Assembly (NCBI RefSeq): GCF_039654945.1
Contig: NW_027361780.1
Location: 682,001 to 746,000, forward strand
Direction of reading: 5' to 3'
DNA: 64,000 nt
DNA from: Dendrobates tinctorius
Lineage: Eukaryota
Part shown: positions 25,513-37,970 of the stretch, one piece after another
Layout: each line of letters opens with the position of its first letter
Numbering within the stretch: the first letter of the stretch is position 1
The notes under the pieces: model-generated
Told to the model about the DNA's origin: nothing
Database searches by the model: none
Seen by the model: the letters and a program-made list of their open reading frames with translations, nothing else
Made by a program: the position numbers and the translations under genes

Positions 25513-27823
25513 TTATTCCCTGACTAGACAAACAATATTACTTATTATAAAATATTCTTGTATATAAAACTTCTGAAGAAGATTAATCAAAAACTAGTAG
25601 TGGTATGTTGGTACTGTATGACTCTTCTCTTGTTTGACCACTGCATAGAAATGCTATTTGAGCAATGTAAGGGGACTGTAAACATGTAAAGTGTGGATAA
25701 AAGTTTCTGTCAACCCTGTCTTGGGCTTGGATTTCCACTCCTCCTTTCGTTGATCAAATTGTTGAACGAGCTAAAAATCTCCATTTGCACTACACAATTT
25801 CCAAAAGTTGAATGATAAATTTTGCGCTCACCTAAATGATGTCAAGCATGATGAATGAGTGCTTTTGGACACATCATTCAGTCACTCAACTCATTCACTT
25901 TATACAACTACCGCATGCAATGGGTTGGTACCGTTCCAATCTGATGGATTATTGGTCAGTGTAAATGCAGCTTTAGTCGTTTACAGGTTAATACTGGAAT
26001 GTAATTTAGCTTAAATTAAACTGGAGAACACACATTTTGGTGTGTCAAATGTATAGTTTATTTCGTGCATCACTGATGGTGAAAGTTATGCCGTTGCCAT
26101 CAGGGACATCCAAGGCAGTCAGATTTCAATTGAGGTACCAGACTAAGCATGCTTCCCAGCACCTGTGTTGGCAGCAGGATATTGAGCGTCAAGGCGGTTT
26201 GTATTGACAACATACAACACTGATTAAGTGTGGCTCCTTCATGGGTGCCACATTACTGGGTGGAAGAAAGGCCTGGAAATCTACTCTCATTTTATGCCAT
26301 AATTTTGATGGAGATTACAACTACTGGAATTCGATATAGTGCTGGAAAATGCACTTTTAGGTTGGAAGGCACTTAACAAGCTACTGTGGAAGAGCCGATG
26401 GTCGACCTGAGTATGATCAATGCTCATGACGAGCTAGGATTACAGCCTCAAAGTTATTTTGGTGCTGATATCGCATGGTCATAAAGGCAGGTCCCAAGAT
26501 ATCATAAAGTTTGGAACTTGGAATGTACGAACCATGAACGAAGGCAAACTCAACATCGTCAAAGCCGAAATGGACAGAACAAGACTGAAGTTACTCAAAT
26601 TAGCAAATTAGGATGGGCTCAATACAGACATTTACAGTCAAACAAACATTGGGTACTATTCTGGCAATGATAACTGAAGAAGAAACAATGTTGCTCTCAA
26701 CCGAAGATTGCCTGGCACTGTCCTGAAGAACAATGCAGTCAGTGACAGTCATCTCAATATGACTACAAGGACTGCCTATTCATGTCACAGTTATCTGAGT
26801 CTAATCACCAACAACAGATGCCAAAGAGGAGAACATTGAACTAATATACTGTATGATCAAGGTCTAGAGGAAACCAACAAGATGTCAAAACAAGGCTTAC
26901 TCTTTATCTAGGGAGACCATTGTTGAAAACTTTGAACTTTGTGAACGAAACAACGCTGGAGAAAGATCTTTGATTTTTGTACCACAAATCAACTGTCCAT
27001 CATGAACTCCTTCTTCCAAAATCACAAAAAGAGACTCTACACATGGACATCATTGAATGCGGCCTTTAAGAATCAGATCGACTACATATGTGTTCGCCAA
27101 AGATGGAGGTCATTGATCGTTACCGTGAAATCAAGGTGAGGAGTTGACTGTGGAACTGATCATGAAATTTTGAGCGCAAAGATTGGAGTCAACCTGCTCA
27201 AATAGACTAGACAACAGGCTGTTTTAAACTTTCATTTGACCAACATATCTGAAGTTTTTTCTAATGGTTGGCACAACCAATTTACATCACTGGAGATGGA
27301 TGAAAGATAGCTAAGTAATTATGGATGCATATAAAGACTATTATTACTGAAGAAGCTAGTAAGAGGCAGAAGAGACCCCTGCAGCCATGATTAACAGAAG
27401 AGACCCTAAGATCATCATAGAAAGATGAATGGCAAATGCAAAATGTAACAAGCTGGGCACAGACACCATCAGTAAAAGACTATAAGAGACATTCAAGCAG
27501 ACAAAAAATTTTATTACTGAAAGTTACAGTTGTGCTCAAAAGTTTACATACCCCTGCAGAATTTTTGCTTTCTTTGCCTTTTTTCAGAGAATATGAATGA
27601 TAATACCAAAACGTATAGTACACTCATGGTTAGTTGTTAGGTGAGGCCATTTATTGTGAAACTACTGTGTTTTCTCTTTTTAAAATAATCGTGTCAAGTA
27701 TAGCATGGCACTACCACAGGGTGCACAAGTAGGTTACCCAGACCAAAGTGAATGATAAAGTAATTTGGCACTCAACTGAATAATCCTTTATAAATGAAGT
27801 TTTATTTTTTATGCAGTCTTAGA

Positions 27824-27860
27824 AGAGACGTTTCGGCCTACAACTGGCCTTCGTCAGTCT
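27824..27860 (-). ncRNA. Minimal type-I hammerhead ribozyme
   Basis: AGA CTGACGA A GGCC AGTTGTA GGCC GAAAC GTC TCT: complete core, 4-bp helix II, palindromic ACGT helix III, GUC cleavage triplet. Confidence 0.72.
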
Positions 27861-28293
27861 GCTGCTTTGAAGATATAGTGCAGATTTATATTATATTCTC
27901 CAGCTGTCTCTAGAACGTACTGTGCTGGTAAATAAAAAAAATATATATATTATAGGTACTGGGTATGGAGTCCGTCTCCCTGAAGTAATGAGACTGTGTG
28001 CCTGTTAGTGCTGATTCTGTATAGCACTGAAGAGAAAAAAAGGCCCATATAAAGCATATATGTGTAGAGTTAGGGCACTTCAGGCTAGACGCAGTTTCCG
28101 CTGCTCGCCTGTTTTTTTTCTCTTCAGTGCTATACAGAATCAGCACCAACAGGCACACAGTCTCATTACTTCAGGGAGACGGACTCCATACCCAGTACCT
28201 ATGATATATATATTTTTTTTATTTACTAGCACAGTACGTTCTAGAGACAGCTGGAGAATATAATATAAATCTGCACTATATCTTCAAAGCAGC

Positions 28294-28330
28294 AGACTGA
28301 CGAAGGCTGGTTGTAGGCCGAAACGTCTCT
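28294..28330 (+). ncRNA. Minimal type-I hammerhead ribozyme, mirror copy
   Basis: AGA CTGACGA A GGCT GGTTGTA GGCC GAAAC GTC TCT. Predicted cleavage after 28327. Confidence 0.7.
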
Positions 28331-28605
28331 TCTAAGATTGCATTAAAAATAAAACTTCATTTATAAATGATTATTCAGTTGAGTGCCAAGTTACTTTATC
28401 ATTTAAATCATAATGACATCCCAAAACATCCAAACAACATGCACAGAAGTTGACACAAATGGGTTTGAATGGCTACTAAAGGTAATATCCTCACCTGTCA
28501 CATGTTTACTTGTAATCAGTGTGTGTGCATAAAACCTGAGTGAGTTTCTGGGATCCAGACTCCTGCATCTTTCATCCAGCCACTGACGTTTCTGGATTGT
28601 GAGTC

Positions 28606-29632
28606 ATGGGGAAAGCAAAAGAACTGTCAATGGATCTACGGGAAAAGGTAGTTGAATTGTATAAAACAGGAAAAGGATACAAAAAGATATCCAAGGAATT
28701 GATAATGCCAGTCAGCAGCACTCAAACTGTGATTAACAAATGGAAAATCAGGGGCTCTGTAAAGACAAAATCACAGTCAGGTAGACCAACAAAAATGTTG
28801 TCCACAACTGCAAGGAAAATTGTTCGGGATGCAAAGAAAAACCCACAAACAACATAAGCTTAAATACTGGATTCTCTGAAAACTAGTGGTGTGGCTGTTT
28901 CAAGAAGCACAATAAGGAGACCCTTGAAGAAAAATGGGCTGCATGGTTGAGTCACCAGAAGAAAGCCATTACTGCGCAAATGCCACAAAGTATTTATGCT
29001 ACAATATGCAAAACAGCACAGAGACAAGCCTCAAACCTTCTGGAACAAGGCAATTTGGAGTAATGAGACCAAAATTGAACTTTTTGTCCACAACCATAAA
29101 TGTTACATTTGGAGATAGGTCAACAAGGCCTATGATGAAAGGAACACCATTCCTAGTGTAAAACACAGAAGTAGATTGCTGATGTTTTGGGTATGTGTGA
29201 GCTACAAAGGCACAGGAAACTTAGTCAAAGTTGAAGGAAAGAAGAATGTAGCATGTTATCATCAAATACTGGAGGCAGATTTGCAATCATTCATCAGCCC
29301 AGAAACTGCGCATGGGACATACTTGGACGTTCCAACATTACAACTATCCAAAACACAAGGCCAAATCAACCTGTCATTGGCTACAGCAGAGCAAAGTGAA
29401 GGCTCTGGAGTGGCCATCTCAGTCTCCTAACTTCAATGTCATTGAGCCACTCTGGGGAGATCTCAAGCATGCAATTCATGCAAGACAGCCCAGGAATTTA
29501 CAGGAACTGGGGGCTTTTTGCCAAGAAGATGGGGCAGCTTTACCACCTGAGAAAATAAAGAACCTTATCCACAAATACCGCAAAAGACTTCAAGCTGTCA
29601 TTGATGTTAGAGGGGGCAATACACGGTATTAA
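28606..29632 (+). pseudogene. Tc1 transposase pseudogene
   Basis: MGKAKELSMDLREKVV..SGRPTK..WSNETKIEL..WPSQSPNFNVIEPLW..RGGNTRY with stops and frameshifts. Confidence 0.9.
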
Positions 29633-29819
29633 AAAATGGGGTATGTGAACTTTCGAACAGGGTCATTTGGATGTTTTGGGTTGTCAATATGATTTAAAAA
29701 TAGAAAACACAGTAGTTTGACAATAAATGGCTTCACCCAACCATTAACCATGAGTGTAGAAAAAGGTTTAGTATTATCATTCATATTCTCTGAAAAAAGG
29801 CCAAGAAAGCAAAAATTCT

Positions 29820-32539
29820 AAAAGTCAATAGGGAATATGCTGCTCACCAGTAAGTCCTCTGACCTGACCAATCCATGTAAGCAGGAAACACAGCCACCCG
29901 TCGGTTTGGTGCATATATAAATCCAAAGAAAAAAAAGAGTTGTGCTGGATCCTTGAATTGAAAATATCCATGTTTTTATTAGAAAATCATTTAAAAAATC
30001 ACATCAGGGTAGACGAGTTTCGGCGGAAGCCTTAGTCATAACAAATTACAGAATCTGGTGTAATCGCTTAAAGACACAATACCACTACCATTTAGTGAGA
30101 TCATACATATGATTGTTTACAAGGAACATACTGTATATGAGAAGCCATGCAATTGAAAGGAAACAGTCTTAAGCCACAATGGTGTAACAAATGAAACAGA
30201 ATAAATATAAAAATATACACATCAGAGTTTCATGAATGAAGAGTACAATTGTTTTGCAAGAAAAAAAACACAAAGAAAAAACAAAAACAAAAAAACAAAC
30301 AAACCCACAATACATTAAGGGAGTTCATCAATGCATTATTTAAATATTGGTAATTTAAGTTAGTAAAAAAAGGGGTTTATGAATATTAGCCTATTAATCA
30401 AGATTGTAAAACACTTTTTTCCATTCCCTATTTTCTCAATATAAATACTGTATATACTCGAGTATAAGCCGACCCGAGTATAAGCCGACCCCCTAATTTT
30501 GCCACAAAAAACTGGGAAAACTTATTGACTCGAGTATAAGCCTAGGGTGGGAAATACTCCATAGATTATTCCCCCATATGGTGTCCCCAGAAGAAGCTCC
30601 ATAGATTGTTCCCCCATATACTGCCCCCATAAGAAGCTCCATAGATTGTTCCCCATATGCTGCCCCCATAATAAGCTCCATAGATTGTTCCCCCATATGC
30701 TGCCCCCATTAGAAGCTCCATAGATTGTTCCCCCATATGCTGCCCCCATTAGAAGCTCCATAGATTGTTCCCCCATATGCTGCCCCCATTAGAAGCTCCA
30801 TATTGTTCCCCCATATACTGCCCCCATAAGCAGCTCCATAGATTATTCCCCCATATACTGCCGCTGCAGCATGTAAAAATAAAAAAAATGACATACTCAC
30901 CTCTCCGTCGCTGGGTGTCAGATACTCACCTGTCCTGAGTCCATGGCTGCTCACCGCTATCTGCCACATCATCAGTCAGTGACGTTCAGACTGCAGGGGG
31001 CGCGGCGCGCACTAACCACGTCACCGCGCCCTCTGCTGTCTGAAGTCACTGACCGATGACAGACAGCAGCAAGCAGCCATGGAAGCAGGACAGGTGAGTA
31101 TCGCTATACTAACCCGTCCTGACGCTGTCGCTTGAGCCCCCAGCTTCTCAACTCTCTCTCTTCCTGCGTTCAGCAGTCATGTAATACCGCTCATTAAAAC
31201 TCATGAATATGCGCATATTCATGAGTTTTAATGAGGGGTACCACGTGACCGCTGAAGGCAGGAACAGAGAGCGCGGAGAAGCTGGGGGCTCAAGAGACAG
31301 CGTCAGGACGGGTAAGTATGACCTGACACCCCCGCCCCCTCTCCCCCTCCGACCCCTCGGTGTATATGACTCGAGTATAAGCCGAGAGGGGGACTTTCAG
31401 CCCAAAAAACGGGCTGAAAATCTCGGCTTATATTCGAGTATATACGGTAGGTAAGGTCATTGCGAAAAATTCAGTTCAAAAGGAATTCTAGTATTAAGTT
31501 TCATAATCCATAATGCTTCATGTTTTAATAATATTTTTTCTCTAATTACCTCCCCTTTTTGGTCTGTCTATACTTACTATATGAAAAAATTCAAAATTTT
31601 CCAGACTCCCCGCATGTTTTCCACAAAATTGTTTGGCAGCTCCTGATGTATTAGAAACTTTTCCCTTTTTATATCTGCAATGTGTTCAGCAATCCTTACT
31701 TTCAAACGATGTATAGTACACCCCACATATATGAGCTTGCATAGTGTGCACATAATAACCTATATAACATATGTACTCTCACAATTAATAAAACTCCTAA
31801 TAGAATAAACATCAGAATTCTGTCCATTTCAATTTTTTGTGTTTTAAACAAAGATTTAATCCACATTTTAAAAATCCTGTTACTGACAGCCAAGTTTTGT
31901 TTTTTTTCAGCATCTTCATCAAATAAACTTGGGGATAAAAAATCACCCAGAGATTTACCTGTCTTGGCTATAAAGTTGCATCCAGATTTTAAAATGGATG
32001 CAAACGTTTCATCTTGGTTTAGAACTGGTAAGTATTTAGACACTATATGTTTAATTTCATTGAACTGTATACTGTAAGGTGTAACAAAACTATTTTTTTT
32101 GCTGACCATTATGTATCCCAATAGGAGATTTCTTATTTTTATTTGTATTGAGTTTAGAGATGCAATCAGCTTTGCCATTTTCTTTTTAAGTTTTGTAGTT
32201 CCCTTGTTCAACAATAGATCAGACCTAGCAACTCCATCTATTCTGGACTTTGCATTTTTTAACAATGAATCTTGATAGCCTCTCTGTTTTAATCTATACT
32301 GTATTAAATCACACTGCTCATCAAGTAGCTCATTATTAGTACAGATACGTTTTGCTCTCACCATTTCACCATATGGAATTGCCATAATTGTATGCTTAGG
32401 ATGGCAGCTATCTGCCCTGAGTATTGTATTAACGGCAGTAGTACCCTGATGTGATTTTTTCTAAATGATTTTCTAATAAAAACAAGGATATTTTTATTTC
32501 AAGGATCCAGCACAATTCTTTTTTTTTCTTTTTATTTAT
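29820..32539 (-). mobile_element. Penelope-like retroelement, 5'-truncated, with inverted pseudo-LTR
   Basis: Minus-strand HPKHTIMAIPYGEMVRAKRICT..RLKQRGY (RT C-terminal region) and CTLCKLIYVGCT..LKVRIAEH (GIY-YIG). Inverted repeat about 29925-30011 versus 32442-32530. 14-bp TSD AAAGCAAAAATTCT. Confidence 0.85.
30448..31447. mobile_element. pogo/Tc2-like MITE copy 1, with a minisatellite of about 39 bp
   Basis: TA-CTGTATATACTCGAGTATAAGCCG...CGGCTTATATTCGAGTATATACGG-TA. Array 30555-30860. Palindromic core ATGAATATGCGCATATTCAT. Confidence 0.8.
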
Positions 32540-34010
32540 AAAGCAAAAATTCTGCCAGGGTAAGTAAACTTTTGAGCACAACTCTATGTACAGAGATAGA
32601 AAGCGAACATCTGAGGGAAAAGACCAGGAAGGCACACCTAAAGATCAAAGAGATAGAATAAAAACTTCAAGAAAGAGTGGGCATATTAAAAAGATGCCAA
32701 TGCGAACAAACTAACTGAGCCAGAACAGATCAAGCATGAACAGAGTATATGAAGCAACTCTACAAGAATGACTCAGTGATACAGGAAGAAACTGAGACTC
32801 AAAATGATAGAGAGCTGAATATCCTGATATACAAAGTCGTTGCTGCTTCTGTCACAAACAACAAAGTGCCTGGATGTGACAATATTCCTTTAAAGCTAAT
32901 AAAGTCTTCTGGAGCAGCAGCTGATGTCATCACATGCCTGTGTCAGAAGATATGGACATGTGGAAAATGGCTCTAGGACTGGACAACATCCATGTTCATT
33001 CCTATTCCAAAGAAGGGAGATGCTACCGACTGTGGAAATTATTGGAATATTGCACTCATATCTCATGCCAGCAAAATATTACTGAACATCTGACAAAGAC
33101 GATTACAGCCTTACTTTGGTAAAGAGCTTCCAAAGGAACAAGCAGGATTCAGAAAAGGCAGAGGAACAAGAGATGTGATTGCTAACATTAGATGGATAAT
33201 AGAAAATGCCAACGAATACAAGAAGATCAATTTTTGCTTCATCGACTATAGCAAAGCTTCCGACTGTGTTGATGATCAGAAACTTTGGAATACTATGAAG
33301 GATATGGGTGTGCTGAACCATCCATTCAGCCTCATTACAAACCTTTACATTGACCAAGAAGCAACAGTCCAAATGGAACACGGTGACACGACATGGTTCC
33401 TAGTTGAGCGAGGAATCAGGCAATGCTGCATCCTGTCACCATTTCTCTTCAATTTATATGCAGAAGCTGATTTCACAAAGGCTGGACTTGCCGAAAAAAA
33501 GAGAAACTCAAAATTGCTGGACGACTCATCAACAATCTTAAATATGCAGATGTTACAACATTGAAAGAAACAAGTGTAGATGGAATGAAGGATTTTTTAC
33601 GGAGTGTCAAGTTAGAAAGATCAAACATGGAACTCATACTCAACACCAAGACAAAGATATTGACTACTACCAGGTACGATTGGGACATTGATGGATGGCG
33701 ACAAACTGAAATTTGTAAAGGGCTTCAACCTACTTGGATCGATGATCACTCAAGTTGTAGCAACGATAAGGGAAGTCAATAGAGGAATAGCTACAGTATG
33801 GGCAAATCAACAATAAAATCACTGGACAAGGTCTTCAAATCAAAGAAGATTTCACTGGCAACAAAGACACGGCTTGTACATAGTTTGATACTCTCTGTGG
33901 TAACATACGGTTGTGAAACCAAGTTAATAAAGAAACAAGACAGAAGAATTTGAAATGTGATGCTGGAGAAGAATGTTATCAATACCATGGATGGCAAGAA
34001 GAACAAACAA

Positions 34011-35346
34011 TGTGAAAATAGTAGAAAAAGCTACTGACCAGACAAAGCAGGGATCACCATAATAATATAAATTTTATTTAGGACACATGAACAACATCAG
34101 ATAAAAACAATTAAAAGTCATACAAGTGACAATGCAAAAAACGCACACAAAGGGCTCATAATAGAGCCAAACAAAGCTCCCCCCTAGTGAGCAAAAATAC
34201 CTGGCTTTATGGTTGCAGAAATGTAGACAATATGAGTGATAACCAATACGTTAATTATATGGTCAAATAGATGAACAGTAAAGGTTGCTAGATCCAAATA
34301 GCTGTGAGATGATATAATCGGGAGCACCTAATAAATTATAACTTTGCCCACTGAGCTAAATGCGCCATAATGGTCACAGATAAAGGATAATAATATTGAA
34401 GGAGCATACGTGGAAGTTATACAAAATCTCAATGAACATAGTTGCATGAGTGCTTTTAAATGCTCCAAAACACTACCAAAAAATTGGTTAGATTACTCAA
34501 AATATAAGACACAAATATCAATAATGTCTATACAAATAAATAAACCACTTGCACATAATATGCTCTAGCCAAACAGAGGTCAGTGCAGAGGATATTGTAA
34601 ACAGATAAAGAGGTAGACAGGTTCCATAGACACCATACCAAAATAAACCTGGGAAGGGTCATAAATTCTCAAATAGATAATAGAGACTAAATCCTGCCCG
34701 CACTGGTCTAATCAGTTACGCTCACATGGGGGAGATTGTGGTTTATTTATTTGTATAGACATTATTGATATTTGTGTCTTATATTTTGAGTAATCTAACC
34801 AATTTTTTGGTAGTGTTTTGGAGCATTTAAATGCACTCATGCAACTATGTTCATTGAGATTTTGTATAACTTCCACGTATGCTCCTTCAATATTATTATC
34901 CTTTATCTGTGACCATTATGGCGCATTTAGCTCAGTGGGCAAAGTTATAATTTATTAGGTGCTCCCGATTATATCATCTCACAGCTATTTGGATCTAGCT
35001 ACCTTTACTGTTCATCTATTTGACCATATAATTAACGTATTGGTTATCACTCATATTGTCTACATTTCTGCAACCATAAAGCCAGGTATTTTTGCTCACT
35101 AGGGGGGAGCTTTGTTTGGCTCTATTATGAGCCCTTTGTGTGCGTTTTTTGCATTGTCACTTGTATGACTTTTAACTGTTTTTATCTGATGTTGTTCATG
35201 TGTCCTTAATAAAATGTATATTATTATGGTGATCCCTGCTTTGTCTGGTCAGTAGCTTTTTCTACTATTTTCACAGTGTTTGTTTATGCTGATCACAGGA
35301 GTATCCCTACTTCATATTAAGTGGTGCCCTCCTGATTCTCTTTATT
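34011..35346. mobile_element. Large palindromic insert (Penelope-type 3' ends) in the RTE
   Basis: 538-bp inverted arms (34011-34548, 34738-35275), 189-bp spacer, 71-bp unpaired tail, 17-bp TSD GCAAGAAGAACAAACAA. Confidence 0.75.
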
Positions 35347-35679
35347 GCAAGAAGAACAAACAAATCATTTTTTTCCAACAAATCAAGCCAGACAAACCAC
35401 CCAGAGCAAGGGTCACCAAGCTAAAACTTGCCTACCTTAGACACATCAGACGAAAAGAGCAATCACTGGAGAAGGACATCATGGTCGGAAGAATAAAAGG
35501 AACAAGGCAAAGAGAAAGACCAGCAACCCCATGATTTGATACTATCAAGATAACAGTGGAGAAGACACTGGTCAACTCATCTAGGCTTGCACAACCATCA
35601 ATCTTCCTACAGTGCATTCATCCATCAAGTCACCATGGATCGAGATCGAGCCAAAGGCCACTAAATAAAAATACAAATG

Positions 35680-37970
35680 TTAGACCTGTTTCTGGGTATA
35701 TTTGACCTGCTGAGTCCAAAATTGGCACCAGTGTTCCCTTATCAGCTTTCATTTTTGAGTTACAAAATATATACCATATATTACTATTCACGCTGCTCAT
35801 CCATAAAAAGAATATTCAGGTTATTTTAAAGGAGTGTTTAAATTGTTTTTTTAAGCAAGAAGGAAACATATTAAGAATTAAAAGAAAAGTGTACTACATG
35901 AAAATCTACTTATTTAATTCAAAAAGCACAGATTTATAATACAAACTTTGCAGTCATTCCAAACACAAGCTACTGTTTAATGCCTCCAAGAGCGAGATGT
36001 ACTAGGACAATACTGACTAATATTCCAACAATAGTCTACCATCATGTGTTCATTCTATCTCCCTAGGTACCTGGCTTTCATTGTTTTTATGTCTTGGTGA
36101 AATCTTTCACCTTTCTCTTCGCTTAAGTCATCAAGGTTCTCTGGATCTGAAGGGGCATATTCACTGCAAGAAAATAATGAACGATTGTTGTTAAAAAGCC
36201 CCTTTCATGATTATCTTGTTCTGTAAACAGTCTGCTGATCACACGATCATCAGGTAAAATAATCTTTTATGTAGCATAAAACATAATCGCTCTTGGCAGT
36301 GAATTATCCTATTTAAACTACCGAGAACAATGGCAGCCTAAGTGCACTGAGGGATCTAGTATAGATCGCTCAATGCACATCTTATACTTTGGCACACTGC
36401 CAATCGATAAAAGTTTATGTGTGTAAACATGTATGTAAACGGACCAAAAGTGACATTGCACATAATGGACTTTAACACTCATGCTACAGCCAAGCATTTT
36501 GAAATGAATGAGTATATCCTCTTCTAATTTTGTGCAGTTATTTGTCTTCTTGTTGCCAAGAAAGGTTTTCATAAGAGGAACAAATAATTCACCTTCATTC
36601 ATTGATGCTATAAAAGGCCGGTTATTTATAATTTGTCTCATCTGTGGACCATCGAAAATTCCTCTCTTAAGTTTTTCCATGGTAAGCCCAGGTAACTTAG
36701 ACAGTATCATCCTGATTCATCAAAGCTGTCACACAAGAATTCAGGCATAAAAGCTTTGAATAGTCGCAAACTGTAGGCATAAGGTACTGTCACACTAAGC
36801 GATATCGCTGGCAATATCGCTATAACTTGTGACGTTATAGCGATATTGCTAGCGATATCGCTGTGTGTGATACTTACCTACAACCCGCTCCCCGGCTGGT
36901 TATCGCTGATCGCGCGAGAACGTCCTGGACTGTTTCTCGTCGTCAGCTTCCTGCGGCGCTTCCTGCTGTGACGACGAGCGACGTGTGGAGCCGGGCGGGA
37001 GGACGCAGGATCGCCTAGTGTGACAGGTCAGTAGCGACCCCCGTCCCCAGTGATGTTGCTAGTGAGATCTGCCTGTGTGGCAGCTCACTAGCGACCACTT
37101 AGCGATGTACCAGCGATCCTGACCGCGTCATATCGCTGGTCGGGATCGCTGGTACATCGCTAAGTGTGACAGTACCTATAACTTGGAGAAGTGACAAACT
37201 TTTTAGACTTTTCACACAAAAAGGGCAGAGCTGGGGTGGGACAAGAGGGTGACGCCACAGTTCATCTAACTAATGACAAGCTGTGGTATTCTGTACACAT
37301 CTCACTCCAGTTCCTGACAGGTGTAGCTCACTTGTCAGATGCTCCAGATTCAGGAAGAGGCACTTCTTCGTGAATCAGGAGAACCTGACTCCACCTGACC
37401 TGACTCCAGCATGGCCCCTCATCAAGATCGATATGAATAACGCTGGTCTTGGTGAATTGCGCCATCTGTACTCAACTGTCTTTACAAATTGTTTCATTAG
37501 GCCTAGCCTTATATGTAGTGGTGGCAATATGATACTATCTTGTGCTATGATTATATTTTGACCTCCAACCACCATATGTTCTCTTGGAAAACAATGTTTT
37601 CTTGCCCAATGTTCATGTTTGGCTCTATTATCCCAATAGCATAAAAAGCAAGTATACTTTGTGTAGCCAATTTGAGAGCTGATGAGGTCTATCCATTGCA
37701 ATTTTTTAAATCAGCTCCACAAATAACTTCAGGAACATGCCTAAAAACCAAGAAACTAAGTTTTTTTTTTTAGTTTGGTAGTGTTATCCATGTATATTTG
37801 TTGTAACTTAGCTACTTTCTAGCAAACACTTCAGTGTCAATAACTTATTGACTGTACATCACAGTGATCTTTAGCACTGCTTTCACACCGTCTTAACTGC
37901 TTTCATCTAGTAAGTAAATTCGACATCCAACCTTGAAAATAGCAAACAATTTTATCCCTTAAGACTTAAT
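35680..37970 (-). mobile_element. Decayed DNA transposon, probably Chapaev3 (CMC)-like
   Basis: Minus-strand fragments GYTKYTCFLCYWD, LPPLHIRLGLMKQFVK, KRGIFDGPQMR, FLGNKK, LGCSMSVKVHY and ENLDDLSEEKGERFHQDI. The family name is from recalled motifs and the boundaries are approximate. Confidence 0.65.
36782..37177. mobile_element. CpG-rich Harbinger-type MITE
   Basis: AGGTACTGTCACACT...AGTGTGACAGTACCT, 3-bp TSD ATA/ATA, repeated GCGATATCGCT motifs. Confidence 0.8.

Larger units (their letters stand above)
27690..28403. mobile_element. Palindromic Penelope-type non-autonomous insert carrying two hammerhead ribozymes
   Basis: Inverted arms of about 291 bp (27751-28041, 28113-28403) plus an unpaired tail of about 60 bp. 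One HHR core per arm, followed by an AATAAA-type signal. Confidence 0.75.
27527..32584 (+). mobile_element. Tc1 element #3 with long TIRs, inserted in the RTE
   Basis: TA-CAGTTGTGCTCAAAAGTTTAC...GTAAACTTTTGAGCACAACTC-TA. Right TIR split by a Penelope insertion. Confidence 0.88.
26420..35675 (+). mobile_element. RTE-clade LINE, decayed and split by nested insertions
   Basis: EN: GTWNVRTM, YTWTS..NQIDYI. RT: VPGCDNIP, PIPKKGD, ISHASKILL, EQAGFRKGRGTRD, FIDYSKA, GIRQCCILSPFLFNLY. RTE-like 3' end GTCACCATGGATCGAGATCGAG. Confidence 0.88.

Noticed and set aside
26030-26420. HDV-like ribozyme in the RTE 5' UTR
   Set aside because: Known for some RTE elements, but I could not trace the nested pseudoknot in this decayed copy.
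34011-35346. Hammerhead in the large palindrome, or a MITE identity for it
   Set aside because: No CTGANGA/GAAA core found. The 17-bp TSD and asymmetric tail do not fit a DNA-transposon MITE.
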